The notes beneath the pieces are model-generated. The model was not told the origin of the DNA and did no database searches. It worked only from the letters and a program-made list of their open reading frames with translations. Positions 24,686 to 34,684 of a stretch of DNA of 37,764 nucleotides are shown here, in pieces. The translations under genes were made by a program, and so were the position numbers. This stretch comes from an uncultured bacterium (GTDB lineage Bacteria > Planctomycetota > UBA1135), in assembly GCA_964011335.1 (NCBI GenBank), contig CAXGOF010000001.1, forward strand, positions 1 through 37,764, in the 5' to 3' direction. Position 1 is the stretch's first letter, and each line of letters begins with the position of its first letter.

Positions 24686-26608
24686 CTAGTGATTTTCGTG
24701 TGAATCAGCATATCCTAGCTCGTCTAGCGCAGCATTTTGCTCGGCTGATAAATTGCCGTCACCCCCTTCAAAGGTGTCGCGCTGTAATTCTTCGCTGAGA
24801 GCATCGAGGAGCTCTTCTTGCATTGCGCTGCGTCCAAGTAAATTATCGAGCTCGTCCGGGTCTTCGGCAAGATTGTAAACGTGGGTGGCCTTTATCGAAT
24901 CACCGTCGCGGACCGCGATTAACTTGTAGTTCGCCATGCGTAGCATGAGGCGCACGTCATCGGTGACAACATGCAGCTTCGGCGGCAAATCGTGATTGTC
25001 TAAGAGTGAGCGGCCGTTCATGGTTTGCGGTATTGCAATGCCGGCGTACTCAAGCAAGGTAGGTCCGATATCAGCGACATCAGGTATTCCGCTGCGGCGC
25101 ATATTTTCATCAATGCCGGGCCCAGCAAGGATAAATGGTACGCGAATCGAATCTTGAAACATATGGTTGCCGTGCAAGATGACATTATTCTCAGCGAAAT
25201 GTTCGCCATGGTCGGCAGTGATGACCCATAGAGTAGGTCTTTGAGATTTCTCAACATAGCTACGAATCTCTTCGAGTAGGCTGTCGAGGAATAGCAAGTT
25301 CTCTAAATATACTTGGTGGTAGTAATCTGCTGCCGCGAGGGCTTCGCCGTGAATTTGCAGATCATCACTTTTCAGCTCTGCACGGAGGACATCGAGCTGA
25401 TCGAGGGTGATCATGCCGTCAAGCCTTTCATTTGGTTGGTAGCGATCTGGCAAAGGGGTAAGCCCCTTCGTTAACAAGCCATCAAAAGGTTGCGGCGCGC
25501 CGTACGGATGGTGAACATCAATATAATGCAAAAAGAAGAAAAACGGCTGCTCGTTTTCATAAAGTTGGTCTAAAGCACTAACGGCTTGCTCATTGATTAC
25601 TTTACCGCGCTCACGCATGTTGTAGGCACCCATGCCACGCGGTGGTTTTTGCAAGGCGCGAAAACTTGTTTTTGACAATAATGATGAAACGAATTTCCCT
25701 GGAACCAGTATCCCGAGCCAACTAGCCTGAGATAAGTAATTCTCGCAAGCTGTGCGCAACCCAAAACGAGGAGTGGTGATGTCGTCATATAAATCAAAGC
25801 CTCGGCTGAAGCCCATGTTGCCGGCAATTAACGCATTGGAAATGACCCCTGCTGTTTTATAGCCGGCCTTTTTGAAATATTCAGATATCAAGTGCAGCTT
25901 ATCCGGCCCTGGCAACTGATTAAAGTTATAGCGGACGCCACTAGCCAAGGCATCCTTGCCTGACAACATCGACGCGTGTCCTGGTAAAGTCTGATTACTT
26001 GATGAATACGCATAGTCCCACCATTCACCGCGATTGCGCATACCATCAAAAAACGGTAAGTCATAATGTGGGCTTCGCTCTCCGACAATGGCGTCCGCAC
26101 GCAAAGTGTCAAGTGAAACGAGAATGATGTCCGGCGCTATGAGCCCCGTGCTTGCAGATTTCGCTAACTGCGGAACACTGAGCGCCTTATTAACGCTCTT
26201 TAAGTGTAGGTGGTTTTTGTAGCTACCTCCAATTACAGCGCATAAGGCAATAATAATAATAATGCCGTTGCTTCGCCCAGAAATAGTCGGTAGGGAATGA
26301 AACTTAAGGGCCAATATGGCGAGCGTGATGAGGCTGATTACGGCCAAAAAGCTTGGTGTTACACCGATGGCGCCTAGACTCGGTACTAAACAAACCATAA
26401 ACGAAAACTTTACCCAGGAATGACTTTTGGTACGTGAAAATGGCATCAAAACTAGCGAAAGAATCGCCGCTACGGCAATATTCCCAAGAACTAAAGGGAA
26501 TATTAGGGCATACCAGGAGTGATTCTCACCACCGAGAAAAGACGCAATAAAGCTAGCTAAACAGGCACCGCCAATCAGCTCCCACAACCGTTGAGACCAG
26601 GTGTACAT
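24686..26608 (-). CDS. membrane-anchored sulfatase-fold (alkaline phosphatase superfamily) enzyme, LtaS/EptA-like with a Thr nucleophile
   Basis: About 130 aa of N-terminal TM helices, then DIILVSLDTLRAD (metal ligand) and QTLPGHASMLSGK, which aligns with the sulfatase C-T-P-S-R-A-S-L-L-T-G-R with Cys replaced by Thr and Arg by His. Also ITADHGEHF later in the protein. Confidence 0.8.
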   Translation of the reverse strand: MYTWSQRLWELIGGACLASFIASFLGGENHSWYALIFPLVLGNIAVAAILSLVLMPFSRTKSHSWVKFSFMVCLVPSLGAIGVTPSFLAVISLITLAILALKFHSLPTISGRSNGIIIIIALCAVIGGSYKNHLHLKSVNKALSVPQLAKSASTGLIAPDIILVSLDTLRADAIVGERSPHYDLPFFDGMRNRGEWWDYAYSSSNQTLPGHASMLSGKDALASGVRYNFNQLPGPDKLHLISEYFKKAGYKTAGVISNALIAGNMGFSRGFDLYDDITTPRFGLRTACENYLSQASWLGILVPGKFVSSLLSKTSFRALQKPPRGMGAYNMRERGKVINEQAVSALDQLYENEQPFFFFLHYIDVHHPYGAPQPFDGLLTKGLTPLPDRYQPNERLDGMITLDQLDVLRAELKSDDLQIHGEALAAADYYHQVYLENLLFLDSLLEEIRSYVEKSQRPTLWVITADHGEHFAENNVILHGNHMFQDSIRVPFILAGPGIDENMRRSGIPDVADIGPTLLEYAGIAIPQTMNGRSLLDNHDLPPKLHVVTDDVRLMLRMANYKLIAVRDGDSIKATHVYNLAEDPDELDNLLGRSAMQEELLDALSEELQRDTFEGGDGNLSAEQNAALDELGYADSHENH

Positions 26609-26617
26609 CCAATTACT

Positions 26618-27784
26618 CTACCTAAGCGCTAGGATACCTGGCAACTGTTTGCCTTCGAGCATTTCTAAGAAAGCTCCACCGCCCGTTGAAATGTGGGAGA
26701 TACGATTTCCTACTTTGTTTTTTTTAATTGCCGCGACAGAATCTCCACCACCGACTACCGACAAGCAATTGCTATTGGCTAGCACCTTGGCAATGGCTGA
26801 CGTGCCGTGGCTAAAAGGCTCGAGTTCGAATACACCCATTGGGCCGTTCCAGACTACGGTAGCCGCGGAGGCCAGTCGTTCCCGGTAAAGCGCAGTCGTC
26901 TCAGGGCCAATATCTAGCCCCATCCATCCGTCAGGGATGCTGCCGCTCACCACCTTTGCATTTGCTATTTCCGAAAAACTATCGGCGACCAGATGATCAT
27001 TGGGCAAAAGTAACTCGACACCCTTGTCGGCGGCCTTGTTGATAACGGCAAGAGCGGTATCAAGGCGGTCGTTCTCGCAGAGGGAAGAGCCTACCGTTTT
27101 GCCTTGCGCTTTTAAGAATGTGTAAGCCATTCCGCCACCAATTAGGACCCCATCTACTTTGTCGAGTAAATTTTCAAGCACTACGATTTTATCAGATACT
27201 TTAGCGCCACCAATAACGGCCACCACCGGGCGCTTGGGGCTTTTAAAGGCGTTAGCGAATGCTTTGATCTCTTTAGCGAGCAACATTCCAGCCAATGCGG
27301 GCTTCAAAATCGCCGGCACTCCGGCAGTGGACGCATGTGCGCGGTGACATGTGCCAAAGGCGTCTTGCACAAACACATCAGCCATCGCGGCTAGCTTCGA
27401 CGCTAATTCGGCATCGTTAGTGATTTCGCCAGCTTCAAAGCGTAAGTTCTCTAAGACCAACACTTCGCCAGCCTCTAGGGCTTCAGCTGCGGCAACGGCA
27501 TCTTCGCCACAAACACTCGTTGCGGTAAGCACGGTGTGTTTGTGGCCAAGCAAGCTTTGTAGATGCTCGGCAACGGGTGCCATACGTAACGCTTCGACAA
27601 CTTGCCCGTTCGGGCGACCTAAGTGACTTGCGCAAATAACCGCGCCGCCATGATTAAGGATGTGTTGAATCGTGGGTAGTGCTGCGCGAATGCGAGTGTC
27701 GTCTCCAATAATGCCATCATTTAATGGCACATTAAAATCTACTCGCACGAAGGCACACTTGCCGTCGAAGTCGTAATCAAGCAT
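26618..27784 (-). CDS. pgk: phosphoglycerate kinase
   Basis: RVDFNVPL, ASHLGRP, GGAKVSDKI, GGGMAYTF and STGGGA are Pgk signatures. Confidence 0.95.
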   Translation of the reverse strand: MLDYDFDGKCAFVRVDFNVPLNDGIIGDDTRIRAALPTIQHILNHGGAVICASHLGRPNGQVVEALRMAPVAEHLQSLLGHKHTVLTATSVCGEDAVAAAEALEAGEVLVLENLRFEAGEITNDAELASKLAAMADVFVQDAFGTCHRAHASTAGVPAILKPALAGMLLAKEIKAFANAFKSPKRPVVAVIGGAKVSDKIVVLENLLDKVDGVLIGGGMAYTFLKAQGKTVGSSLCENDRLDTALAVINKAADKGVELLLPNDHLVADSFSEIANAKVVSGSIPDGWMGLDIGPETTALYRERLASAATVVWNGPMGVFELEPFSHGTSAIAKVLANSNCLSVVGGGDSVAAIKKNKVGNRISHISTGGGAFLEMLEGKQLPGILALR

Positions 27785-27793
27785 GCTGATTCT

Positions 27794-28801
27794 TTAAATG
27801 CTGTGAGCTTTGAAAATCAAATCACATACGCGATTTGAGTAACCCCACTCGTTGTCGTACCAAGATACAACCTTAATCATGTTGCCGTCCATAACCATGG
27901 TCTGACCAGCGTCGAAAATGGAGGAGTGTGGGTTGCGCAAGATGTCAGAAGAAACCAAAGCATCTTCGCTATATTCAAGAACGCCTTTCATCGCGCCCTC
28001 AGCTTCAGCTTTAATGGCCGCATTAATTTCTGCGACGGTGACACTACCTTTCTTGATTTCACAAACCAAGTCAACCACAGACCCACAAGGGACAGGGACG
28101 CGCATGGACATGCCGTCTAGCTTGCCTGCGAGCTCTGGTAGCACCTTGCCAACGGCGCGAGCAGCGCCAGTCGAAGTAGGGATAATGTTGCACGCAGCAG
28201 AGCGCGCGCGACGCAAGTCACTGTGTGGCAAGTCAAGAATACGCTGGTCGTTTGTGTAAGCATGAATCGTGTTCATTAAGCCACGCTTGATGCCAAATGC
28301 ATTGTGCAATACCTTAGCTAGTGGCGCTAGGCAGTTTGTTGTACAAGAAGCATTGGACAGAATGCGTTGATCTGCAGTTAGCGTGTCGTCGTTGACGCCC
28401 ATAACAACCATGTTGTCGATTTCGTCTTTAGGCGGAACGGTTAGCAACACTTTCTTCGCTCCAGCATCGAGGTGCATGGCGCACTGCTCGCGAGTACAGA
28501 AAATGCCTGTCGCTTCAACAACGAAATCGATGTTGTTCTCAGCCCATGGCAAATCGGCAGGGTTACGCTCGGCAATAATTTTTATTGGCGAGCCGTCAAC
28601 AACGATGCTGTCACCGTCGATTTCAACGGTGCCGTCAAAGCGACCACCAACAGTGTCGTACTTAAGTAAGTGCGCGAGAGTCGCTGCATCAGTCAAGTCG
28701 TTAATCGCAATGACTTCGAAATCGTTGGAGCGATCTTGCATGATACGGAAAACGTTACGACCGATGCGGCCGAAACCATTGATTGCTACACGGATAGCCA
28801 T
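27794..28801 (-). CDS. gap: type I glyceraldehyde-3-phosphate dehydrogenase
   Basis: INGFGRIGR, active-site [12 protein letters not shown], and WYDNEWGYS. Confidence 0.95.
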   Translation of the reverse strand: MAIRVAINGFGRIGRNVFRIMQDRSNDFEVIAINDLTDAATLAHLLKYDTVGGRFDGTVEIDGDSIVVDGSPIKIIAERNPADLPWAENNIDFVVEATGIFCTREQCAMHLDAGAKKVLLTVPPKDEIDNMVVMGVNDDTLTADQRILSNASCTTNCLAPLAKVLHNAFGIKRGLMNTIHAYTNDQRILDLPHSDLRRARSAACNIIPTSTGAARAVGKVLPELAGKLDGMSMRVPVPCGSVVDLVCEIKKGSVTVAEINAAIKAEAEGAMKGVLEYSEDALVSSDILRNPHSSIFDAGQTMVMDGNMIKVVSWYDNEWGYSNRVCDLIFKAHSI

Positions 28802-28918
28802 AGTTTTTTATTTTGGTTAAAAGGAGTGTGCGGCACGTTGGTGTGCCAACATTCGAGTGACACAGATTTTAGTGTGTTTTTGCCTGAATAGTCCATGGAA
28901 ATGGCATAATCTGCCATC

Positions 28919-29833
28919 ATGATTCCGCAAGTCATAAGTCAAATAATCAGCTTCGGCCCTTACAGTGAAAATTCCAAGGTGGTCTTAGCGTGTTCGGGCG
29001 GAGCAGACTCAACTTTTCTTGCCCATGCTTATAAGAGTGCTTCGCAAACGTCGCTGCTGCCCACTGCAATTGTCGCAGTTATTGACCATGCCCAGCATGA
29101 GCAATCGCGCGAGCAAACCGCGAAAGTTGTCGACGGTTATCACAGGCTAGGTTTCGAGGTGGTCTCGCAGCGCATCTCTTGCGACCGAGGCATCAACGAG
29201 AATGATATGCGCAATCAGCGTTACGCCGCTTTATTAGAGATCGCAAAGCACCATCAGGCTTCGAAAGTTTTCGTTGCTCATCATGCCGAAGACCAAGCCG
29301 AAACCATTTTGCAGCGCATCATGCGCGGAACCGGCATTAACGGCTTGGTCGGCATGCGCCCAAGTCGCGATATGGGCGATGGTATTGAGCTATGTCGTCC
29401 TTTACTGAACATGCGGCGTGACGAAATGCGCGCATATTTGTCGGCAAATAAAATGGAGTGGCTCGAAGACCAGAGTAATTCTGATGTCGAATACGCTACG
29501 CGTAATAAAATTCGCCATCAGTTGTTGCCGCAACTTGGCGAAATCGCGACAGGCGACCCGATTAAGGCTTTGACTAAATTAGCCGGCGAGGCCGCCGATT
29601 GGGAAAGCGCACAGCAGCAATTACTGGGGCAAGACCATGACTTCGCTGAGGTGCCGTCGTACTTACGACGCCAAGCCGTCCGCGCTGAGTTGTTGAAGCT
29701 TGGTGAAAAAGTAACGCCTCAACGCTTGCTTGACATTGAGGGAGCGCTCATTAAAAAAGGCAGAGCGGTAATTAATACAGCGCTGCGTTTTAGTACGAGT
29801 GGCGGTAAATTACTCGTCGTCGCTCGCCGGTGA
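28919..29833 (+). CDS. tilS: tRNA(Ile)-lysidine synthetase, short form
   Basis: PP-loop LACSGGADSTFLAH, AHHAEDQAETILQRIMRG, and RPLL. At 304 aa it lacks the long C-terminal domain of E. coli TilS. Confidence 0.85.
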   Translation: MIPQVISQIISFGPYSENSKVVLACSGGADSTFLAHAYKSASQTSLLPTAIVAVIDHAQHEQSREQTAKVVDGYHRLGFEVVSQRISCDRGINENDMRNQRYAALLEIAKHHQASKVFVAHHAEDQAETILQRIMRGTGINGLVGMRPSRDMGDGIELCRPLLNMRRDEMRAYLSANKMEWLEDQSNSDVEYATRNKIRHQLLPQLGEIATGDPIKALTKLAGEAADWESAQQQLLGQDHDFAEVPSYLRRQAVRAELLKLGEKVTPQRLLDIEGALIKKGRAVINTALRFSTSGGKLLVVARR

Positions 29834-32455
29834 CACTGGCCAGAAAGCCGCATTGGGACGTACAGCAGTGTTCTTAAATAACACTGCTGTATCCTCGGAA
29901 GCGGTTATGGCAAAGCCACCAGTAAGATCGTTTACCGAGAAACCTTCGGGCATCTCTTTCGTAACTCCGTTTAAGGAATAAGAGCCTTGGCCTTCAGCAT
30001 TGAAGTCGAACTGCACAGTAATGGAGTCGGACTCTTCGAAATATCCGCGACCAATTTCTGGAGTTCTGAGCGCGGCTTCCCCTCGCTGCGAATCAACAAT
30101 GTAAGACATTTTTTGGAACTGAACGACTTGCCCATCATTGTCAGTATTTGCGACTACGATTCGCGATTGAGCTTTGCCTGAACGCCCTATGCCAAAAAAG
30201 AAGAAGGCCGCTGTGCCGTCGATTATGATTTCACTACGCAACGAAAATGGCGGAGTTAAATTCATTAAATTTGTAGCGTTGGTGCGCTCTTGGCCAGGTG
30301 TGGCCCATCCATCCGGGTTATAAATAAGGACGCCATCTTTTTCGTATTTCACGACGTCGATTAAGTCGCCATTATCCAAAGTGTCTTTACGGTCTGATGC
30401 CTCAGTCTTGGAAAAAGCACTTTGCCATGCACGTAAATCTTGCTCAGCCAGTTCGCTTAATTCTAAAGACTGCTCTTTTATCGAATCAAACTCGATTTGC
30501 CATGCGCGCATTGCGTGAGTTGCAAACAGTGGACCGCAAATAGGATGCCCATCTTCAAGCGTGGCCTGCATTGCCGCTTCGATTTGATTACGCGCTAGCT
30601 TGGTTGGCTCTAGATAAGAAGCTAGCAAGGACTTACCACCGTTCTCTTTAAGCCACTCTTCGGCAGCGGCAGTAGCTTCAGCATCACCTGCTTCCCACAC
30701 GGTTTCCCAGTGGCGGAACATCCAATAAAGTGCATCGCCCTCAAGGCCCTCGCCCAGGTTAGCCTCTGCAAGCAGGCGGTAAGTCTCAGCATCGAATGGG
30801 CGCTTGTCGTCTGCTTGTTCGGCAGTAACGCGTGCGCGTTCATAGTCGCCAGCAAGAACGTATCCGCGCGAACGCGCCTGAAGTACATCTGCGAATTCGG
30901 GACCTGAAAGCATTTCACCATAAAGTGAATTAGTGAACTTACGCCAGCGCTTCTCAAAAGCATCCCAATTCGGGACATCAGGGTCGCCTACCTCTTCAAC
31001 GAAAAACTTCTTGGCCATTTCAAGCGGCATGAATTGATCGTTATCTACGTTGCCCTTCTTGCTGAAGTACTCTATGTACTTCAGGTACGGTTCACGATAC
31101 ACCAAGCGCCCAGCTTTGCGTACAGATTTATATTCGCTCGGGATGCCCTGACCTGGTGTGATTGGCGGAGCGTAAACACGGCGGTCACCTTCTTCATAGT
31201 TGAGTAAAAAGTAAACAAACGCCCAGCCGTAAGGGTAGAAGTCTCCTTCGTAACTTAGAGTGCCGTTGAGTGGCCCGGTGTTACGCGGATGTGCAATCAA
31301 TTCTTCAAGAGTATGGCTCATCCCCTCCATATGTTCGAGGTACCACCAAGAGCGCAAGCGGCCTTCAGCGACGTTGTTCTTGAGAATAGTACCGTTTGCA
31401 GTAATTTTGCAACCTTCAAAATAGCTTGCAGTACCCTCATCTAGCCATGCCGGTGTGTAAATTCCACGACGCTCATTTTTCTCCATCTTGATGGACATAA
31501 ACTGGTGACTAGCCTCGTGAAAGAGTGTGTTCCATAGGTCGTCTTTAGTTTTGTTAGGATCTCCCATTGAGCGGTCGAAGGCAGCTACTGTGCTACGTGT
31601 TGAAACCCAATAGCCACCAACAGATTCAGATTCAATCGCGCGCCCGAGTAGTTCCATTGAGAAGCGATCGAAGTCTGTTCGCTTGGCACCAATTTGCAAG
31701 GTAACATGTTTGGCTTTTTTCCTGCCGTAATCGTAAACCGAACGATAGAACTCGTTCATCTGTGTCATCGCTGCGCAAACCGTTTCGAAGAATTCGTAAT
31801 CGAGATTAGTATTAATGTCGTAATACTTTGTTTTACGCTGCCAGCGATTTTCCCAATCGCTGTGCTTGGCATTGTTTTTCTCTAACCACTCAGGTGACTT
31901 GCGGCGTACTTTATCTGAAACAAATGCGCCACCCGAGACTTCGTTTCCGGCATCGTCAGCAAGCTTCTCCCACAACTTATTGAGTTTTTTGTCGCGTGGA
32001 TTGATGTCGAGTAACTTGCTAAGAAGGTGACCGGCTAAACGATATTGTTTACCACTCGCGGCTTTCTTTGCAGCTTTGGCGGTACTGTCTTGCCACTGCT
32101 CAAGAATGATGCCGTCGGCATTCCAGTGTTCGTATATTTCGGTAAGCTCGGTGCTAATGTCCTCCAGTTCGCTCTTGTTGCCGGATGCCGTGTAAGACCA
32201 AGCAAGCCATTTGCCCCAGCGTATTTGCTCTTCATAGCTGGCCTCTTTTTTGGCGATGTCGTACATCAGCTGGTATCCTTCTGTTGAATAAGGATTAACA
32301 CTCAGGCCGTCGGTGACGGATATTTTGGCTTCATCAAACTTGCCGGCGCTAACCAAAGTGCGGGCTTTGTCGAAAAGCGGGTCTTCGCCAAGCGGTGCGA
32401 CAAATGCACTGACGGGTAATAAAAAAGCGAGAAGTAGTGATGCGAGTTTTAACAT
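29810..32455 (-). CDS. secreted putative zinc metallopeptidase (HExxH; DUF1570-like) with N-terminal TPR-like helices and a C-terminal beta-sandwich domain
   Basis: Signal peptide MLKLASLLLAFLLPVSAFVA. LFHEASHQF has the HExxH at 31505..31519. Helical repeats flank the catalytic core. The C-terminal ~180 aa are beta-rich. Confidence 0.7.
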   Translation of the reverse strand: MLKLASLLLAFLLPVSAFVAPLGEDPLFDKARTLVSAGKFDEAKISVTDGLSVNPYSTEGYQLMYDIAKKEASYEEQIRWGKWLAWSYTASGNKSELEDISTELTEIYEHWNADGIILEQWQDSTAKAAKKAASGKQYRLAGHLLSKLLDINPRDKKLNKLWEKLADDAGNEVSGGAFVSDKVRRKSPEWLEKNNAKHSDWENRWQRKTKYYDINTNLDYEFFETVCAAMTQMNEFYRSVYDYGRKKAKHVTLQIGAKRTDFDRFSMELLGRAIESESVGGYWVSTRSTVAAFDRSMGDPNKTKDDLWNTLFHEASHQFMSIKMEKNERRGIYTPAWLDEGTASYFEGCKITANGTILKNNVAEGRLRSWWYLEHMEGMSHTLEELIAHPRNTGPLNGTLSYEGDFYPYGWAFVYFLLNYEEGDRRVYAPPITPGQGIPSEYKSVRKAGRLVYREPYLKYIEYFSKKGNVDNDQFMPLEMAKKFFVEEVGDPDVPNWDAFEKRWRKFTNSLYGEMLSGPEFADVLQARSRGYVLAGDYERARVTAEQADDKRPFDAETYRLLAEANLGEGLEGDALYWMFRHWETVWEAGDAEATAAAEEWLKENGGKSLLASYLEPTKLARNQIEAAMQATLEDGHPICGPLFATHAMRAWQIEFDSIKEQSLELSELAEQDLRAWQSAFSKTEASDRKDTLDNGDLIDVVKYEKDGVLIYNPDGWATPGQERTNATNLMNLTPPFSLRSEIIIDGTAAFFFFGIGRSGKAQSRIVVANTDNDGQVVQFQKMSYIVDSQRGEAALRTPEIGRGYFEESDSITVQFDFNAEGQGSYSLNGVTKEMPEGFSVNDLTGGFAITASEDTAVLFKNTAVRPNAAFWPVSPASDDE

Positions 32456-32494
32456 GGTTTTGCAACCATTAGTTTAGCTTCGCTTTAACTCTAT

Positions 32495-33355
32495 TTACCG
32501 CTTACTTAGGTCAAAACCTATCCCATCCAGCCAGTCGTGGATGATATCGATGGGCACAGCAAGCCCCATGTGTGTAATGACTTGGGGCTGGTAAGCACCG
32601 TGAGTGTAGATTTTACTGAAGATGCCGATGAGCTCGCATGTCTCAGCAAGGAAAACGCCGCCGCCAGAGTTGCCGAAATAAGCCGGGGTTGAAACCATCC
32701 AGTAATCTTCATCTTCCATAGTCCAGTCCTCGCGGCTTATTTCGCCTGAAGTCGCCTGTACCGGAGTGCCGAGAGGGCATCCAACTGTGTAAATCTCTGT
32801 AAAAGTGTCGATGACTTTGTCCCGCGTCCGTGGCGCGAGGCTTGCTACTCTCCCTAGATCGAGTTCCGTGTCGATGCGGAGCAGTGCTAAATCTACTTGA
32901 GCGTCATATGCAATCATGGTGCCGCTCAAGAACAGAGCTTGTTCACGGTTTTGCTCGAAGATGCTCTCAATCTCAGTGCCATCCTGCTCTTCGAGGATAT
33001 CACGGATCACATGGTAGCAGCTCAGGGCTATGTAATACGATTCATCTTCAGTGACGACATGTTTCACCAAAACTGCCGAACCAACAGCGCTGTCTCCAGT
33101 GATCTGAAAGACAGGGTTAAGGATGTTATCGCGTTTGCGCTGAGATTTGTAAGAGGCGTTTTGTCGCGAGATTTGCGCTGCTTGAATGCGCTGGCCGAGG
33201 CGCAAAGATTCAATTTCGTTAGACAGCGCGCTTAGTCGCTGGTTTTTTTCTTTGAATTTGTTCTTCAAAGTGCTTACTTTTGGCAAGCCTACGAGAGCTG
33301 TGGCGCACAGAAAGGCTACTAAAGCGAGGAATGATGGGTTTTTGAGTAATCGCAC
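32495..33355 (-). CDS. trypsin-like (S1/chymotrypsin fold) serine peptidase with N-terminal anchor and coiled coil
   Basis: GTG start. TM/signal segment FLALVAFLCATALVGL. Catalytic triad contexts SCYHVI (His), DLALLRI (Asp) and GNSGGGVF (Ser). It ends 39 nt upstream of the HExxH gene. Confidence 0.8.
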   Translation of the reverse strand: MRLLKNPSFLALVAFLCATALVGLPKVSTLKNKFKEKNQRLSALSNEIESLRLGQRIQAAQISRQNASYKSQRKRDNILNPVFQITGDSAVGSAVLVKHVVTEDESYYIALSCYHVIRDILEEQDGTEIESIFEQNREQALFLSGTMIAYDAQVDLALLRIDTELDLGRVASLAPRTRDKVIDTFTEIYTVGCPLGTPVQATSGEISREDWTMEDEDYWMVSTPAYFGNSGGGVFLAETCELIGIFSKIYTHGAYQPQVITHMGLAVPIDIIHDWLDGIGFDLSKR

Positions 33356-33424
33356 CCTTATATATCGGTTATAGCTACTTATTTATTAAGTATTCGGTAA
33401 AATAAGGTCGAGGACACTCTGAAC

Positions 33425-34660
33425 ATGACTTTCGCAACAGTAGAAGAGGCTATCGAGGCAATTGCCGCAGGCAAAATGATCATTCTTGTAGACGACCCGC
33501 GTCGCGAAAATGAAGGTGATTTGGTAATGGCAGCCGAGCATATCACGGCTGACGGCATCAATTTTATGCGTAAAGAGGGCGGAGGGCTTATTTGTCTCAC
33601 GCTCGAGGGCGATTTGTGCGACCAATTAGACTTACGCCCGCAGGTGGCGAATAATACATCGAGTATGGGCACGGCCTTTCTCGAGTCGATTGAGGCTAAG
33701 GAGGGTGTGACAACCGGTATTTCCGCAGCTGACCGGGCGACAACAATTTTGGCGGCAGTCGCCGATGGCGCTCGTCCAAGTGATTTGGCTCGTCCGGGGC
33801 ATATTTTCCCGTTGCGCGCCAGAAAGGGTGGTGTCTTGAGGCGCCCAGGCCAGACTGAGGGCTCTGTAGACCTAGCACGTATGGCTAATGTGAAAGGCGC
33901 AGGCGTGATTTGCGAAATAATGAATGATGACGGAACCATGGCTCGCATGCCAGATCTCGAAATATTCGCCAAAAAGCACGAACTTATGATTATTACGGTC
34001 GAGGATCTGGTTAAATACCGCCACGAACGTGAGAAGCTCATCACTCGCGAAGTCAGCGGCACGCCACTGCCGACTAAATTTGGTGATTTTAGCATGCATC
34101 TTTACAAGTCGCATCTAGACGGCAAAGAGCATTTCGCCTTGTGCTATAACTGGGGCGATTCCCCTGTCGATGACGAGCAGGGTTTTGATGCTGTCGATGA
34201 AGACGTTTTAGTACGTGTTCACTCTGAATGCCTAACGGGTGATTTGCTAGGCAGCTTACGCTGCGATTGTGGCCCCCAACTCCATACTGCTCTCCGCGAA
34301 ATATCTTCTGCTGGCAAGGGAGTTTTGCTGTATATTCGCCAAGAGGGCCGTGGGATTGGTTTGCCTAACAAGCTTCGGGCATACAAATTACAAGACGAGG
34401 GTCTTGATACTGTCGAGGCCAATGAGAAATTGGGCTACCCGGCGGATATGCGAGATTATGGGATAGGAGCACAAATTTTACACGATCTTGGTCTCCGTAG
34501 AATGAAACTGCTTACCAATAATCCTAAAAAGATGACGGGCTTGGCCGGGTATGGGCTTGAGATAATGGCGCAAATCCCTCTTTCGCCTGATGTACAAGAG
34601 CACAACGCCGCATATTTGAAGACAAAGCGTGACAAAATGGGTCACTGTATCGAATTGTAG
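33425..34660 (+). CDS. ribBA: bifunctional 3,4-dihydroxy-2-butanone-4-phosphate synthase / GTP cyclohydrolase II
   Basis: RibB half: DDPRRENEGDLV and GHIFPL. RibA half: VRVHSECLTGDLLGSLRCDCG and LLTNNPKK. Confidence 0.95.
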   Translation: MTFATVEEAIEAIAAGKMIILVDDPRRENEGDLVMAAEHITADGINFMRKEGGGLICLTLEGDLCDQLDLRPQVANNTSSMGTAFLESIEAKEGVTTGISAADRATTILAAVADGARPSDLARPGHIFPLRARKGGVLRRPGQTEGSVDLARMANVKGAGVICEIMNDDGTMARMPDLEIFAKKHELMIITVEDLVKYRHEREKLITREVSGTPLPTKFGDFSMHLYKSHLDGKEHFALCYNWGDSPVDDEQGFDAVDEDVLVRVHSECLTGDLLGSLRCDCGPQLHTALREISSAGKGVLLYIRQEGRGIGLPNKLRAYKLQDEGLDTVEANEKLGYPADMRDYGIGAQILHDLGLRRMKLLTNNPKKMTGLAGYGLEIMAQIPLSPDVQEHNAAYLKTKRDKMGHCIEL

Positions 34661-34684
34661 GATAGTCTATTTTGTGCTTTTTGC

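Noticed and set aside
28383-28820. 145-aa plus-strand ORF, together with 27918..28259 and 28472..28669
   Set aside because: All are antisense shadows inside the gap gene. The gap translation is unambiguous.
28820-28891. AAGGAG followed by GTG, opening a 22-codon ORF in the gap/tilS intergenic region
   Set aside because: This genome mostly lacks Shine-Dalgarno sequences, the peptide has no features, and the frame is simply the tail of a long antisense ORF.
28919-29833. TilS is only 304 aa: truncated gene?
   Set aside because: Short TilS forms lacking the extra C-terminal domain are known (for example the Aquifex type). The ORF has an intact PP-loop and a normal stop, so this is not a pseudogene.
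33356-33424. FMN riboswitch upstream of ribBA
   Set aside because: Only 69 nt of AT-rich spacer are available. That is too short for an RFN element, and the conserved RFN helices are not visible.
33379-34095. 238-aa ORF on the minus strand
   Set aside because: It lies entirely antisense to the strongly recognisable ribBA gene. Its composition is Ser/Arg/Ala/Pro-rich, as expected for an antisense frame, and it has no motifs.
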